Source: Eubacteriales bacterium
GTDB lineage: Bacteria > Bacillota > Clostridia > Oscillospirales > CAG-272
Direction: 5' to 3'
Assembly: GCA_045580585.1 (NCBI GenBank)
Contig: JAZNOD010000154.1
Coordinates: forward strand, 1 to 41,503
DNA length: 41,503 nucleotides
The notes beneath the pieces are model-generated. The model was given only the letters and a program-made list of their open reading frames with translations. It did not search any database and had not been told where the DNA came from. This document shows, in pieces, positions 27,410 to 36,411 of this stretch (the stretch's first letter is position 1; the number at the start of each line of letters is the position of its first letter). The position numbers were made by a program, and so were the translations under genes.

Positions 27410-27973
27410 ATGGAAAAGAAAATGAAAGATTTTAATGTTACTTTGAAAAATGACGCAGAAAAGCTCCTTTTGGAGCTTCTTTCCGAGGCCGGGCTTCGCG
27501 CCGGGGACATACTTGTGGTAGGTTGCTCCACGTCTGAGGTCGTTGGCGGCACTATCGGGAAGAATTCCTCTGCTGATGCCGCAGACGCTATATTTGATGC
27601 CTTTGCTCCCATTTTGCGTGATCGTGGGATCTTCCTTGCCGCGCAGTGTTGTGAGCATCTCAACCGTGCCGTTATTGTTGAGCGTGAGTGCGCCGAAAAG
27701 TACGGTCTTTGCGAGGTGTGTGTGCTTCCTCAACCCCATGCGGGCGGCTCGTGGGCTACGCGAGTTTGGGCGGGATTTGACTCGCCGTGCGCTGTTGAGA
27801 GCATCAGCGCCCACGCAGGTATAGATATTGGACTAACTCTTATCGGCATGCATCTTAAGACTGTTGCCGTTCCTGTTCGCACAAGCGTTTCAAAGCTTGG
27901 CGAAGCTGCGGTGGTTACCGCAAGAACTCGCCCGAAACTCATCGGCGGCGAAAGAGCAAAATATCCTATCTGA
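27410..27973 (+). CDS. UPF0340 / TIGR01440-family protein (YwlG-like)
   Basis: It is collinear with my recollection of B. subtilis YwlG: VVGCSTSEV.G, CEHLNRA.IVER, GIDIG.TLIGMHLK.VAVPVRTSV, TRPKLIGG.RA.Y. Confidence 0.8.
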   Translation: MEKKMKDFNVTLKNDAEKLLLELLSEAGLRAGDILVVGCSTSEVVGGTIGKNSSADAADAIFDAFAPILRDRGIFLAAQCCEHLNRAVIVERECAEKYGLCEVCVLPQPHAGGSWATRVWAGFDSPCAVESISAHAGIDIGLTLIGMHLKTVAVPVRTSVSKLGEAAVVTARTRPKLIGGERAKYPI

Positions 27974-27977
27974 TTTT

Positions 27978-28011
27978 TCCGCACAGGGATTTTCTCTGTG
28001 CGGATTTTTTT
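27978..28011 (+). terminator. Intrinsic terminator
   Basis: TCCGCACAG-ggattttct-CTGTGCGGA followed by T7. Confidence 0.8.
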
Positions 28012-28043
28012 CTTTTCTTGCGACAAAAAGTTGCACAATGCGA

Positions 28044-28073
28044 TTGACACAGCGGCAAAAGATGTGATATAAT
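28044..28073 (+). promoter_or_regulatory. Sigma-A promoter for the MinD-like/MGS-like pair
   Basis: TTGACA (28044-28049), an 18-nt spacer, then TATAAT (28068-28073). Confidence 0.7.
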
Positions 28074-28101
28074 ATACATATCAATATTATTGGGGAGGTA
28101 T

Positions 28102-28932
28102 ATGCCGATGCACTACGGGATATCCGCTGCACGCGGTGAAAAAGCACGAGACTGCTATCTTGTTACCTCCTGCAAGGGCGGTGTTGGCAAATCGACCGCC
28201 ACTGTCAATCTCGCTATCTCACTCGCCGGGCTTGGCAAAAGAGTTCTTGTTGTCGATTGCGATTTTTCAAATAGAAGCCTTGATCTTATCTTTGGCTGTG
28301 AAAACAAGGTGCTTTTCGATATTTGCGATCTTGTTATGGGCAGGGCGACACCTGCGCAGGCTATTCTTATCGATCACCGTAACTCCTCGCTCGGATTTAT
28401 TCCTGCACCTCTTATCAAAAAAGACAGCTTTACGCCCGAGGATTTTTCAAAATCCGTAACAAAGGCGGCAGAGCATTTTGCGGCTGATATCGTAATGATA
28501 GATACCCCCGGAACATCCGATGACACGCTTACCACCGTTTCTTGCGCCGCAACAGCCGCGATAATCGTGGCGTCGCATCAGCCGACATCTGTCAGGGGGG
28601 CGGAAAAAACGGGATACGTTCTTGAGGAGTTGGGTGTAACAAGGCAGTTTTTGCTCATTAACCGCTACGATAGCGACGAGGTTCTCGCAGGCAATCGCCC
28701 CGGACTTAATGAGCTGATCGATAAAACTCATATACCTCTTGTCGGAGTTATACCGGAAAGCCGACGGCTCGAACTCGCGCAGGAAAAAGGGAAGCTCGCA
28801 ACGGAGCTTCGCAGGGACAAAGAGGGCGTTCTTGCCGCTTTTGACGAAACAGCGCGCCGTCTTTGCAACGAGCGAGTACCGCTTATGTCGTATGTTTCCG
28901 AGCGAAAACGCAGAAAATTACTTTATACATAA
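28102..28932 (+). CDS. MinD/ParA-superfamily P-loop ATPase (MinD-like, orphan)
   Basis: The deviant Walker A is SCKGGVGKST. A MinD-like segment follows: VVDCDFSNRSLDLIFGCENKVLFDICDLVMGRATPAQAIL. Walker B is IVMIDTPG. The C-terminus is basic (SERKRRKLLYT). No minC or minE gene is adjacent. The start could be the ATG at 28102 or at 28108. Confidence 0.8.
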   Translation: MPMHYGISAARGEKARDCYLVTSCKGGVGKSTATVNLAISLAGLGKRVLVVDCDFSNRSLDLIFGCENKVLFDICDLVMGRATPAQAILIDHRNSSLGFIPAPLIKKDSFTPEDFSKSVTKAAEHFAADIVMIDTPGTSDDTLTTVSCAATAAIIVASHQPTSVRGAEKTGYVLEELGVTRQFLLINRYDSDEVLAGNRPGLNELIDKTHIPLVGVIPESRRLELAQEKGKLATELRRDKEGVLAAFDETARRLCNERVPLMSYVSERKRRKLLYT

Positions 28933-28956
28933 TCGACCAAAAAGAAAGGACAAAAA

Positions 28957-29367
28957 ATGGAAATAGCTATTGTAGCGCATGATACAAAAAAAGAACTTAT
29001 GGCGGAGCTTTGCATCTCCTATTGCGGAATACTCTGCAAGCATAATATTTGCGCCACAAGCAGTACCGCAAAGTATATTTCGGATGCGACGGGACTTGAA
29101 ATAGAGCGGCTTCTCTCGGGTGACCTCGGAGGCGAGGAGCAGCTCGCGCAGAGGATCTCGTATAATGAAATAGACCTTCTTATAGATTTCAGAGATACCC
29201 GCCCCGATTCTGTTTTTGATACAAAATCACATCAGCTTCTTCGCCTTTGCGATATGTATAACGTTCCCTTTGCCACAAATCTCGGTTCAGCAGAGGCTCT
29301 TATTATTGCGCTCGACCGCGGCGACCTTGATTGGCGCCAGTTCGTTAACCCCAAGCACAATAAATAA
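28957..29367 (+). CDS. Methylglyoxal-synthase-like (MGS domain) protein with divergent active-site region
   Basis: It reads MEIAIVAHDTKKELM...ATSSTAKYISDATGLEIERLLSGDLGGEEQ...LLIDFRDTRPDSVFDTK...LRLCDMYNVPFATNLGSAE. It is collinear with MgsA, but GGDQQ is replaced by GGEEQ and the PHxPD segment is not conserved. Confidence 0.75.
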   Translation: MEIAIVAHDTKKELMAELCISYCGILCKHNICATSSTAKYISDATGLEIERLLSGDLGGEEQLAQRISYNEIDLLIDFRDTRPDSVFDTKSHQLLRLCDMYNVPFATNLGSAEALIIALDRGDLDWRQFVNPKHNK

Positions 29368-29380
29368 TTTTTAAAAATCC

Positions 29381-29409
29381 TTGACAACAAGGTGCTTTTG
29401 ATGTATAAT
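29381..29409 (+). promoter_or_regulatory. Consensus sigma-A promoter for the thrS leader
   Basis: Exact TTGACA, a 17-nt spacer, then TATAAT. Confidence 0.8.
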
Positions 29410-29414
29410 TTCAA

Positions 29415-29594
29415 TATGCAGAGGACATGTTCTGCGAATGTAACGTCCACAGAGAGGGAGGCAAGGTGAAAGCTCCCGACCAAGCATCGCAAGAGTACCA
29501 CCGCTGTGTCAGCTATAATATTTTTTGAGTTAAAAATGCGGGTGGAACCGTGCTTATAAAGCACCCCGACAGCGAGAGCTGTCGGGGCTTTTTT
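29415..29594 (+). promoter_or_regulatory. T-box riboswitch leader (Thr specifier) controlling thrS
   Basis: The conserved T-box sequence AATGCGGGTGGAACCGTGC lies at 29534-29552. An AGAGA/GA motif lies near 29450. ACC Thr codons at 29497-29502 are candidate specifiers. The terminator is CCCCGACAGC-gaga-GCTGTCGGGG followed by CTTTTTT (29564-29594), and its 5' arm can alternatively pair with the T-box to form an antiterminator. Confidence 0.88.
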
Positions 29595-29622
29595 AAAAAA
29601 TTATTTTTCAAGGAGAAAAATC

Positions 29623-31557
29623 ATGAATATCAGAATCAACGGAACAGACTATTCCGTGGAAAATGCATCAACCGTTTTTGAGGCGGCGTCCGAGGCGGGC
29701 GTTGCCGAAAGAGCGCACATAGCCGCAAGCCTTAACGGCACGACTGTCGCAATGACAGCACCCGTAACTGACGGCGACGATATAGTTCTTTATACCTTTG
29801 CCGACGACGAGGGCAAGCGTGTGTACCGCCACAGCGCCGCGCATATTCTCGCGCAGGCAGTAAAGCGTCTTTACCCCGAGACGAAGCTTACGATAGGTCC
29901 TGCTGTCGATAACGGATATTATTATGATTTTGACAGCGACATCTCCTTTACACAGGATATTCTTAAAAATATCGAAAACGAGATGAAGAAGATAATGCGC
30001 GAGAATCTCAAGATAGAGCGTTTTGAGCTTCCCCGTGCCGAGGCAATTGCTTTTATGACTGAAAAGGAAGAGCCCTATAAGGTACAGCTTATAGAGGAAC
30101 TTCCCGAGGATGCTGTTATCAGCTTCTACCGTCAGGGCGAGTTTACCGATCTGTGCGCGGGTCCTCACCTTTTCTCCACGGCTAACGTGCGCGCCGTCAA
30201 GCTCACGCAATGCACGGGTGCGTATTGGAAGGGTGACCAGTCCAACAAGATGCTCCAGCGTGTTTACGGTATCGCATATCCCTCAAAGGAAGAGATGAAC
30301 GCATATCTGACCGCCGTTGAGGAGGCAAAGAAGCGCGACCACAACAAGATCGGACGCGAGCTTGAGTACTTTACTACGGTTGATAGCATCGGTCAGGGAC
30401 TTCCCGTAATGCTCCCCAAGGGCGCAAAGACCATTCAGGTTCTTCAGCGCTTCGTTGAGGACGAGGAGCGCCGCCGCGGCTATCTTCTCACCAAAACTCC
30501 CCTTATGGCAAAGCGCGATCTCTACCGCATCTCCGGTCACTGGGATCACTACCTTGACGGTATGTTCATTCTCGGCGATCCCCACGATGAGTCGAAGGAA
30601 TGCCTCGCTCTGCGCCCCATGACCTGCCCCTTCCAGTATCAGGTATTCCTTAACAAGAAACGCTCCTACCGCGATCTTCCGATGCGCCTTGGCGAGACCT
30701 CCACGCTCTTCCGCAACGAGGATTCGGGCGAGATGCACGGACTTATCCGCGTTCGCCAGTTCACCATTTCCGAGGGACACCTCATCCTCGCTCCCGAACA
30801 GCTTGAGCAGGAGTTCCGCGGCTGTCTTGAGCTTGCAAACTATATGCTTAAGGCAGTAGGACTTGCCGACGACGTTACCTACCGCTTCTCGCAGTGGGAT
30901 CCCGCCCGTACCGATAAGTACGAGGGCACTCCCGAACAGTGGGAGGAGGCTCAGGGCGTTATGAAGCAGATCCTTGACCACATCGGACTCAAATACAGCA
31001 TCGGTATCGACGAGGCAGCATTCTACGGACCCAAGCTCGATATCCAGATAAAGAACGTTCACGGCAAAGAGGATACTCTTATCACCATTCAGATAGATAT
31101 GCTTCTTGCAAAGAAGTTCGGTATGGAATACACCGATTCCAACGATAAGCGCGTAACTCCTTACATCATCCACCGTACCTCTATGGGTTGCTACGAGCGC
31201 ACGCTTGCTCTCGTTCTTGAGAAATTTGCAGGCGCACTGCCTATGTGGATGGCACCCGAGCAGGTAAGAGTTCTTCCCATCGGCGTTGAGCACGAGGAAT
31301 ACGCTCGCTCCGTTCGCGAAAGACTTGAAGCGGCGGGCATTCGTACCGAGGTCGACGCGAGAAACGAGAAGATCGGATACAAGATCCGTCAGGCACAGCT
31401 TGAAAAAGTGCCCTATATGCTCGTTGTCGGTGAAAAGGAAGCCGCAGAAGGCAAGGTAGCCGTCAGAACCCGTGCCGCAGTAGACCTTGGCGCGCTTTCG
31501 GTAGACGAATTCCTTCTTAAAGCGCTCGAGGACGTCCGCACCCTTAAGCTTGACTAA
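29623..31557 (+). CDS. thrS: Threonine--tRNA ligase
   Basis: The 644-aa product has an N-terminal TGS domain, an editing domain, a class II core (FRNEDSGEMHGLIRVRQF, HRTSMGCYER) and a C-terminal anticodon-binding domain. Confidence 0.97.
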   Translation: MNIRINGTDYSVENASTVFEAASEAGVAERAHIAASLNGTTVAMTAPVTDGDDIVLYTFADDEGKRVYRHSAAHILAQAVKRLYPETKLTIGPAVDNGYYYDFDSDISFTQDILKNIENEMKKIMRENLKIERFELPRAEAIAFMTEKEEPYKVQLIEELPEDAVISFYRQGEFTDLCAGPHLFSTANVRAVKLTQCTGAYWKGDQSNKMLQRVYGIAYPSKEEMNAYLTAVEEAKKRDHNKIGRELEYFTTVDSIGQGLPVMLPKGAKTIQVLQRFVEDEERRRGYLLTKTPLMAKRDLYRISGHWDHYLDGMFILGDPHDESKECLALRPMTCPFQYQVFLNKKRSYRDLPMRLGETSTLFRNEDSGEMHGLIRVRQFTISEGHLILAPEQLEQEFRGCLELANYMLKAVGLADDVTYRFSQWDPARTDKYEGTPEQWEEAQGVMKQILDHIGLKYSIGIDEAAFYGPKLDIQIKNVHGKEDTLITIQIDMLLAKKFGMEYTDSNDKRVTPYIIHRTSMGCYERTLALVLEKFAGALPMWMAPEQVRVLPIGVEHEEYARSVRERLEAAGIRTEVDARNEKIGYKIRQAQLEKVPYMLVVGEKEAAEGKVAVRTRAAVDLGALSVDEFLLKALEDVRTLKLD

Positions 31558-31569
31558 CTTACATTTATA

Positions 31570-31602
31570 AAAAGCCTTGCGTCCGCGGACGCAAGGCTTT
31601 TT
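31570..31602. terminator. Bidirectional intrinsic terminator between convergent thrS and the GHL10 gene
   Basis: The perfect palindrome GCCTTGCGTCCG/CGGACGCAAGGC is flanked by AAAA upstream and TTTT downstream. Confidence 0.85.
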
Positions 31603-31605
31603 ATA

Positions 31606-33030
31606 TCATCGCCACGATATCTCTTTGAGGGTGGGCAGAAAGTTTGCCGCTTCCTCTGCCGTTTCGCTGACGGTCACGCCCGTTATCGGAACGTAAAAAT
31701 ACTGATAGCAAAATACCGAAATGCCCGTGCATTTTTTAAGCTCATCGGTGTATTCAAGACAGCGCTTTAGCACGTCTTTATTGTTCTTCCATTCGTCTTT
31801 GCCGCTTCCCGCCCATTGATCGGTCTCGGATTTAGCCTTGCCGAAGGTCATACCGATGATAAGATCGACCTTATCGTTTCGTATGATGTTTTGCCACGTT
31901 TTGCATACGGATTTGAAATCGTACGTCTGATGCTCAAGTCCGAAATACACCTGCGGACAGATGTAGTCGATATAGCCCTCGCTTGCGCACCACGTGTCGA
32001 CGTCCGCAAAGTCGCCGCGCACGTTATTGATGTTTCCCGCGGGGCTTATGCCGAAGGGCAGTCTTTCGTCGCACGCTTTTGTTACGGCGTAAAGTCCCGC
32101 AATGAGCTTGTTAAGTTCGTCCATTCGGAATTTTTCAAGGCTCAGCTTGCCGCCGTTCGCTTTATATTCCGCGTATGCGGCTCGGTCAAACGAGGCATCG
32201 TCGGTAGGATAGAAGTAATCGTCCATGTGTAAGCCGTCAAAGGCATATTTGCCGAGTATCTCCGCCGCACCGTCAATAATGAGATTACGAACTTCATCGT
32301 ATGCAGGATTCAGGTAGTAATTGTTGCCGTTAGCTACTATGTATTTTCCGCACTCCTTGCCGTCGTACCATTTCTTTATAGCGTAGTCGCCGCTGACGCT
32401 TTTTATCTCGTCGAGCGTCATAGCGCGCATGGGATTTATCCATGCGTGTATCGAAAGTCCAAGGGCATGCGCTACCTCAACAACGATGCCTACGGGATCG
32501 TAATCCGCGTATTTTCCGTATGAGCCGACTACGTATTTGGACATCGGATAGTATTCCGAGGGATACATGCTGTCGGCGTTCGGACGCACTTGCAAAAAGA
32601 CGGTGTTGAAGCCCATATCTTTAACGTTTTTGAGTATCTTTTTGATTCTTAAAGCAAAATCATTCTCGGCTCTTTGCTTTCCCGAGTGAGTATATATTCC
32701 GTTGAGGTCAAACTGAGAAAGCCACATGGCTTTTACGTCGGTGTGTTGGATAATATTCCTTTGTGGCGGCATATAGGTGTCATCTCCTTTGTTGAGTGTG
32801 GTGCTTGCAGACGGTGCGGTACTGCACACCGAAGAAGTAGTGACTGCGGTGGTGTTTTCAGTCGTAGTCGGGGTGTCTGCGGCTGACGTTTCTGGGAGCG
32901 TAGCGATCTCGGCGGCGGAAGTTGCGCGCATAGAGGCTTCGTTTTCGATAGCGGCGTTCTCGTTGCAAGCTATTATAGGCATAATAAAAAGCAGCAACAA
33001 AAGTATTGACGTCATATGCGCAAGCTTCAT
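31606..33030 (-). CDS. Lipoprotein with a glycosyl-hydrolase-like 10 (GHL10/PF02638, YngK/YddW-type) domain
   Basis: The lipobox is IIAC-N and a Thr/Ser-rich linker follows. The body (FNTVFLQVRPNADSMYPSEYYP, IHAWINPMR, GLHMDDYFYP) resembles the GHL10 family. The assignment is by recollection of family motifs. Confidence 0.65.
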   Translation of the reverse strand: MKLAHMTSILLLLLFIMPIIACNENAAIENEASMRATSAAEIATLPETSAADTPTTTENTTAVTTSSVCSTAPSASTTLNKGDDTYMPPQRNIIQHTDVKAMWLSQFDLNGIYTHSGKQRAENDFALRIKKILKNVKDMGFNTVFLQVRPNADSMYPSEYYPMSKYVVGSYGKYADYDPVGIVVEVAHALGLSIHAWINPMRAMTLDEIKSVSGDYAIKKWYDGKECGKYIVANGNNYYLNPAYDEVRNLIIDGAAEILGKYAFDGLHMDDYFYPTDDASFDRAAYAEYKANGGKLSLEKFRMDELNKLIAGLYAVTKACDERLPFGISPAGNINNVRGDFADVDTWCASEGYIDYICPQVYFGLEHQTYDFKSVCKTWQNIIRNDKVDLIIGMTFGKAKSETDQWAGSGKDEWKNNKDVLKRCLEYTDELKKCTGISVFCYQYFYVPITGVTVSETAEEAANFLPTLKEISWR

Positions 33031-33109
33031 CTTTTCGACTCCTTTGATTTTATGTTTCTATTTTACTATCAAATACCATCCCTGTCAAGTGCCGCTTTTT
33101 GCCAAATTT

Positions 33110-33577
33110 TTAATTCAAAAGATATATACCAAAGTTAAGATATCCCGCGAACGTTACCCAGACTATATAGGGTATCATGAGATATCCGGCTCTTTTGTCA
33201 ATGCCGTAAAAAAGAAAGGTGGTAAGAAGGATCAAAAGCCACAGGATAACGAGCCATACGAAAGCCAGCAGATAATTTTCAAGGTTGAAAAATATTATAG
33301 ACCAGAAAAAATTAAAGAACAGCTGAATGCCGTAAACTCGAAGTGCGGTGCGCGAGCGCGCGGGCATGTTTGACGTGAGAACGATATACGAGGCAACTCC
33401 CATAAGAACGTAGAGAACAGTCCAAACTACGGGAAAAAGCCACGACGGCGGGGAAAGCGGCGGCTTTGCCACAGACTCGAAAGTAGCCATGCTGCCGCGT
33501 GTCAAAAGAGCAGAAACGCCACCGACAGCAAGCGGTATCAAAATGCAGATTATTAGCTTTTTCCATTGTGTTTTCAT
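33110..33577 (-). CDS. tspO: TspO/MBR tryptophan-rich sensory protein
   Basis: The 155-aa product has five hydrophobic helices and Trp-rich motifs: PPSWLFPVVWTVLY, FFNFFWSIIFF, IPYIVWVTFAGYLN. Confidence 0.88.
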   Translation of the reverse strand: MKTQWKKLIICILIPLAVGGVSALLTRGSMATFESVAKPPLSPPSWLFPVVWTVLYVLMGVASYIVLTSNMPARSRTALRVYGIQLFFNFFWSIIFFNLENYLLAFVWLVILWLLILLTTFLFYGIDKRAGYLMIPYIVWVTFAGYLNFGIYLLN

Positions 33578-33710
33578 AAAATCACCTCCATATAAAATAG
33601 GTATGTATCTTTTGCCTCTCCTATTCCTAAAGAAAATCTTAATGATTTACCCTATTTCTTTTTAATATTTTATCTGCTATAATAAAAGCATCAAACAAAG
33701 GAGAGAAAAA

Positions 33711-34400
33711 ATGTACAACATTCTTATTTGTGACGACGAGGCAGATATTGTTTCTGCGTTGAAAATATATCTAACTGCACCCGATATCAAACTTTTTTGC
33801 GCATATACGGGCAAACAAGCCATTGAGACCGTGGAGCAAGAGAACATACATCTTGTATTAATGGATATTATGATGCCGCAAATGGACGGTATATCGGCGG
33901 CGGTCAAGCTGCGTGAAACAAGTAATATACCGATAATATTCCTTTCTGCAAAAAGCGAGGACAGTGACAAGATACTCGGACTTAACGTGGGCGCGGACGA
34001 CTATATAACGAAGCCGTTTAATCCCATCGAGGTCATGGCTCGCGTGCGCTCGCAGTTGCGCAGATATTTTACACTCGGTAGCGCGACACAACAGCCCAAC
34101 AGTATGAGGGTAGGTGGACTTGAGCTTTCAGACAGTGAAAAGAAGCTGACACTCGACGGAGAGCCTATTGCGATGACACCCACGGAGTACGACATATTGA
34201 AGTTGCTTATGTCAAATGTTGGCAAGGTGTTTTCGCCCACCGAAATATACGAAAGGGTGTGGAACGATACGCCGTACGCGAGCGAAAACACGGTAGCAGT
34301 ACACATACGGCATATCCGCGAAAAGATAGAGATAAACCCGTCAAGCCCGCGATATTTGAAGGTTGTGTGGGGGCGCGGATATAAGATAGAGAGGGGATAA
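33711..34400 (+). CDS. OmpR-family response regulator
   Basis: The receiver domain (ILICDDE, LVLMDIMMPQMDG, SAKSE) is joined to a winged-helix output domain (LTPTEYDILKLL, VHIRHIREKIE, VWGRGYK). Confidence 0.92.
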   Translation: MYNILICDDEADIVSALKIYLTAPDIKLFCAYTGKQAIETVEQENIHLVLMDIMMPQMDGISAAVKLRETSNIPIIFLSAKSEDSDKILGLNVGADDYITKPFNPIEVMARVRSQLRRYFTLGSATQQPNSMRVGGLELSDSEKKLTLDGEPIAMTPTEYDILKLLMSNVGKVFSPTEIYERVWNDTPYASENTVAVHIRHIREKIEINPSSPRYLKVVWGRGYKIERG

Positions 34401-34401
34401 A

Positions 34402-36291
34402 ATGAAAAAGAAAAATATTTTTCATACGCTTGCGGCAAAAATATTTATTATAATTCTGCTTATGGGATTTCTTGCCGTAAGCGTGATTTCCGTTGTTTCG
34501 GTTGCCGCGATGCTTGAGCTTGAGGTATATACGGTAAGCGAGGATGCTTGCCGTAGCTCGGCACTCGCGAGAAGGGCAGAATACGATGCAAGAAGCCTCG
34601 CGCTTTTTGTCGCAGAGTTGGATGGTAAAGATGAAAAAGAACTTTTTATCAATACTAACGTAGCCGCCACGCTCGTTAAGGAGAAGGAGATTGAGGTGCG
34701 CTCGTTCGACTCGGGTAAAGTGCGAGGTGAGAGCTTCACTTTCTATTACGGCGTGACGGAGGTACAGGACGAATACTTTGTTGTGCATACTGCTGATTCG
34801 TCGGAATATGGGGAAGACGGCGTATATGAGATAACGATTTATTTGAGTGCCAATCTTACCGAAAAGGATGCATATTTTTTGAATAGTTTAACAATAGAAT
34901 TGGCACATGGGTTCAAATATTGGATATACCCAATCGGCGTACTTGCCATAATACTTTCTGTCGTTTGCTATGTGGTTCTGCTCTGCGTGTCGGGCAAGCG
35001 ATGGGGCGAGGAGGAGCTGGCAGCGCCTCTGCCTATTCCCTTTGACGTTATGCTTGCGGCGGCGGTATGCGCCTTGGGAGTGCTGCTTTTAATATTTTCA
35101 AACAATATATTAGACGATGTCAGCGCCACATTTATCGGCGTTGCGTACTGTGTGTTTGCCGCGCTTGTGTTTATAGGACTTTCTATGAGCCTTGCTTTGC
35201 GCGTGAAGCGCGGCAAATGGTGGGAGAAAACACTGATATATATGCTTCTTCGCCTTTTTGCAAGGGGCGTGAGAGGCATAATAAGGCTTATCACGAAGCT
35301 CCCTCTTGTTTGGAAAACGGCACTTGCGATAGCCTGTGTTTCGTTTGCGGAATTTTTGGGGTATGCGTTTGCATTTCCCGACGACGAAGTGATGTTCGCG
35401 GTTTTTGTTATTAGTAAGCTCGCTATAGCTGCCGCCCTCCTTTGCGTTGCGCTTATGCTCCGCAAACTGAAAATTGCGGGAAAACGCCTTGCCGACGGTG
35501 AACTTGACTACAAGATAGTGCTTGATGGTCTTTTCCTCGATTTCAAGGAGCACGCTGTTGACCTCAACCGTATAGGAGATGGGATGAACGCGGCGGTCGA
35601 GCAGAGAACAAAAAGTGAAAGGATGAAGGCGGAACTGATAACAAACGTTTCGCATGACCTCAAAACTCCGCTCACCTCAATAATAAATTATTCCGACCTC
35701 ATCTGCCGCGAGGATTGCGAAAACGAAAAAATAAACGAATACGCAGAGGTACTGTACCGTCAATCCGTCAGAATGAAACAGCTTATCGAAGATCTTGTCG
35801 AGGTGTCAAAGCTGTCTTCAAAAAACGTGGACGTCGAGCTTTGCGAGTGTGATGCGGCGATATTTATCGACCAGCTTATGGGTGAGTATTCGCAAAAACT
35901 TTCTGCGCTGTCGCTTGAGTCCGTTGTAAGTGCAAACGTATCGGGACTGCGCATAATGGCCGACGGCAAAAAGCTGTGGCGTGTTTTTGATAATTTGATG
36001 AGCAATATTTGTAAATACGCGCAAAGCGGCACAAGAGTGTATGTTTCTCTTGAGAAAAAAGATTCTTTCGCAGTGTTTGCCTTCAAAAATGTTTCGCGAG
36101 ATCCCATCGGCGTCTCTGCAGATGAGCTTTCCGAGAGATTTGTCAGGGGAGATTCATCGAGAAAAGGCGACGGGAATGGACTTGGCTTATCAATAGCTAA
36201 AAGCCTGTGCGAGCTTCAAGGAGCTACGCTGGAAATAAAGATTGACGGGGATCTTTTTAAGGCGGAAGTCATGTTTCCTGCAGTATTGTGA
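34402..36291 (+). CDS. Membrane sensor histidine kinase
   Basis: An N-terminal TM helix is followed by a ~150-aa extracytoplasmic segment, a multi-TM block and a HAMP-like linker. The H-box is SHDLKTPLTSI, the N-box NLMSNICKYA and the G-box GDGNGLGLSIAKS. It starts 1 nt after the regulator's stop. Confidence 0.9.
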   Translation: MKKKNIFHTLAAKIFIIILLMGFLAVSVISVVSVAAMLELEVYTVSEDACRSSALARRAEYDARSLALFVAELDGKDEKELFINTNVAATLVKEKEIEVRSFDSGKVRGESFTFYYGVTEVQDEYFVVHTADSSEYGEDGVYEITIYLSANLTEKDAYFLNSLTIELAHGFKYWIYPIGVLAIILSVVCYVVLLCVSGKRWGEEELAAPLPIPFDVMLAAAVCALGVLLLIFSNNILDDVSATFIGVAYCVFAALVFIGLSMSLALRVKRGKWWEKTLIYMLLRLFARGVRGIIRLITKLPLVWKTALAIACVSFAEFLGYAFAFPDDEVMFAVFVISKLAIAAALLCVALMLRKLKIAGKRLADGELDYKIVLDGLFLDFKEHAVDLNRIGDGMNAAVEQRTKSERMKAELITNVSHDLKTPLTSIINYSDLICREDCENEKINEYAEVLYRQSVRMKQLIEDLVEVSKLSSKNVDVELCECDAAIFIDQLMGEYSQKLSALSLESVVSANVSGLRIMADGKKLWRVFDNLMSNICKYAQSGTRVYVSLEKKDSFAVFAFKNVSRDPIGVSADELSERFVRGDSSRKGDGNGLGLSIAKSLCELQGATLEIKIDGDLFKAEVMFPAVL

Positions 36292-36331
36292 GACAAAAGC
36301 ACACAAAAATGCAAAATTTCTTTATTTAGTG

Positions 36332-36361
36332 TTGACACGGGGGAGATAAATTTAGTATAAT
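36332..36361 (+). promoter_or_regulatory. Sigma-A promoter for the surface-protein gene
   Basis: TTGACA (36332-36337), an 18-nt spacer, then TATAAT (36356-36361). Confidence 0.7.
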
Positions 36362-36411
36362 ATAAATATTAAATGTAAAAATGACCTTGGTCAAACGGAA
36401 GGACAGGAACG

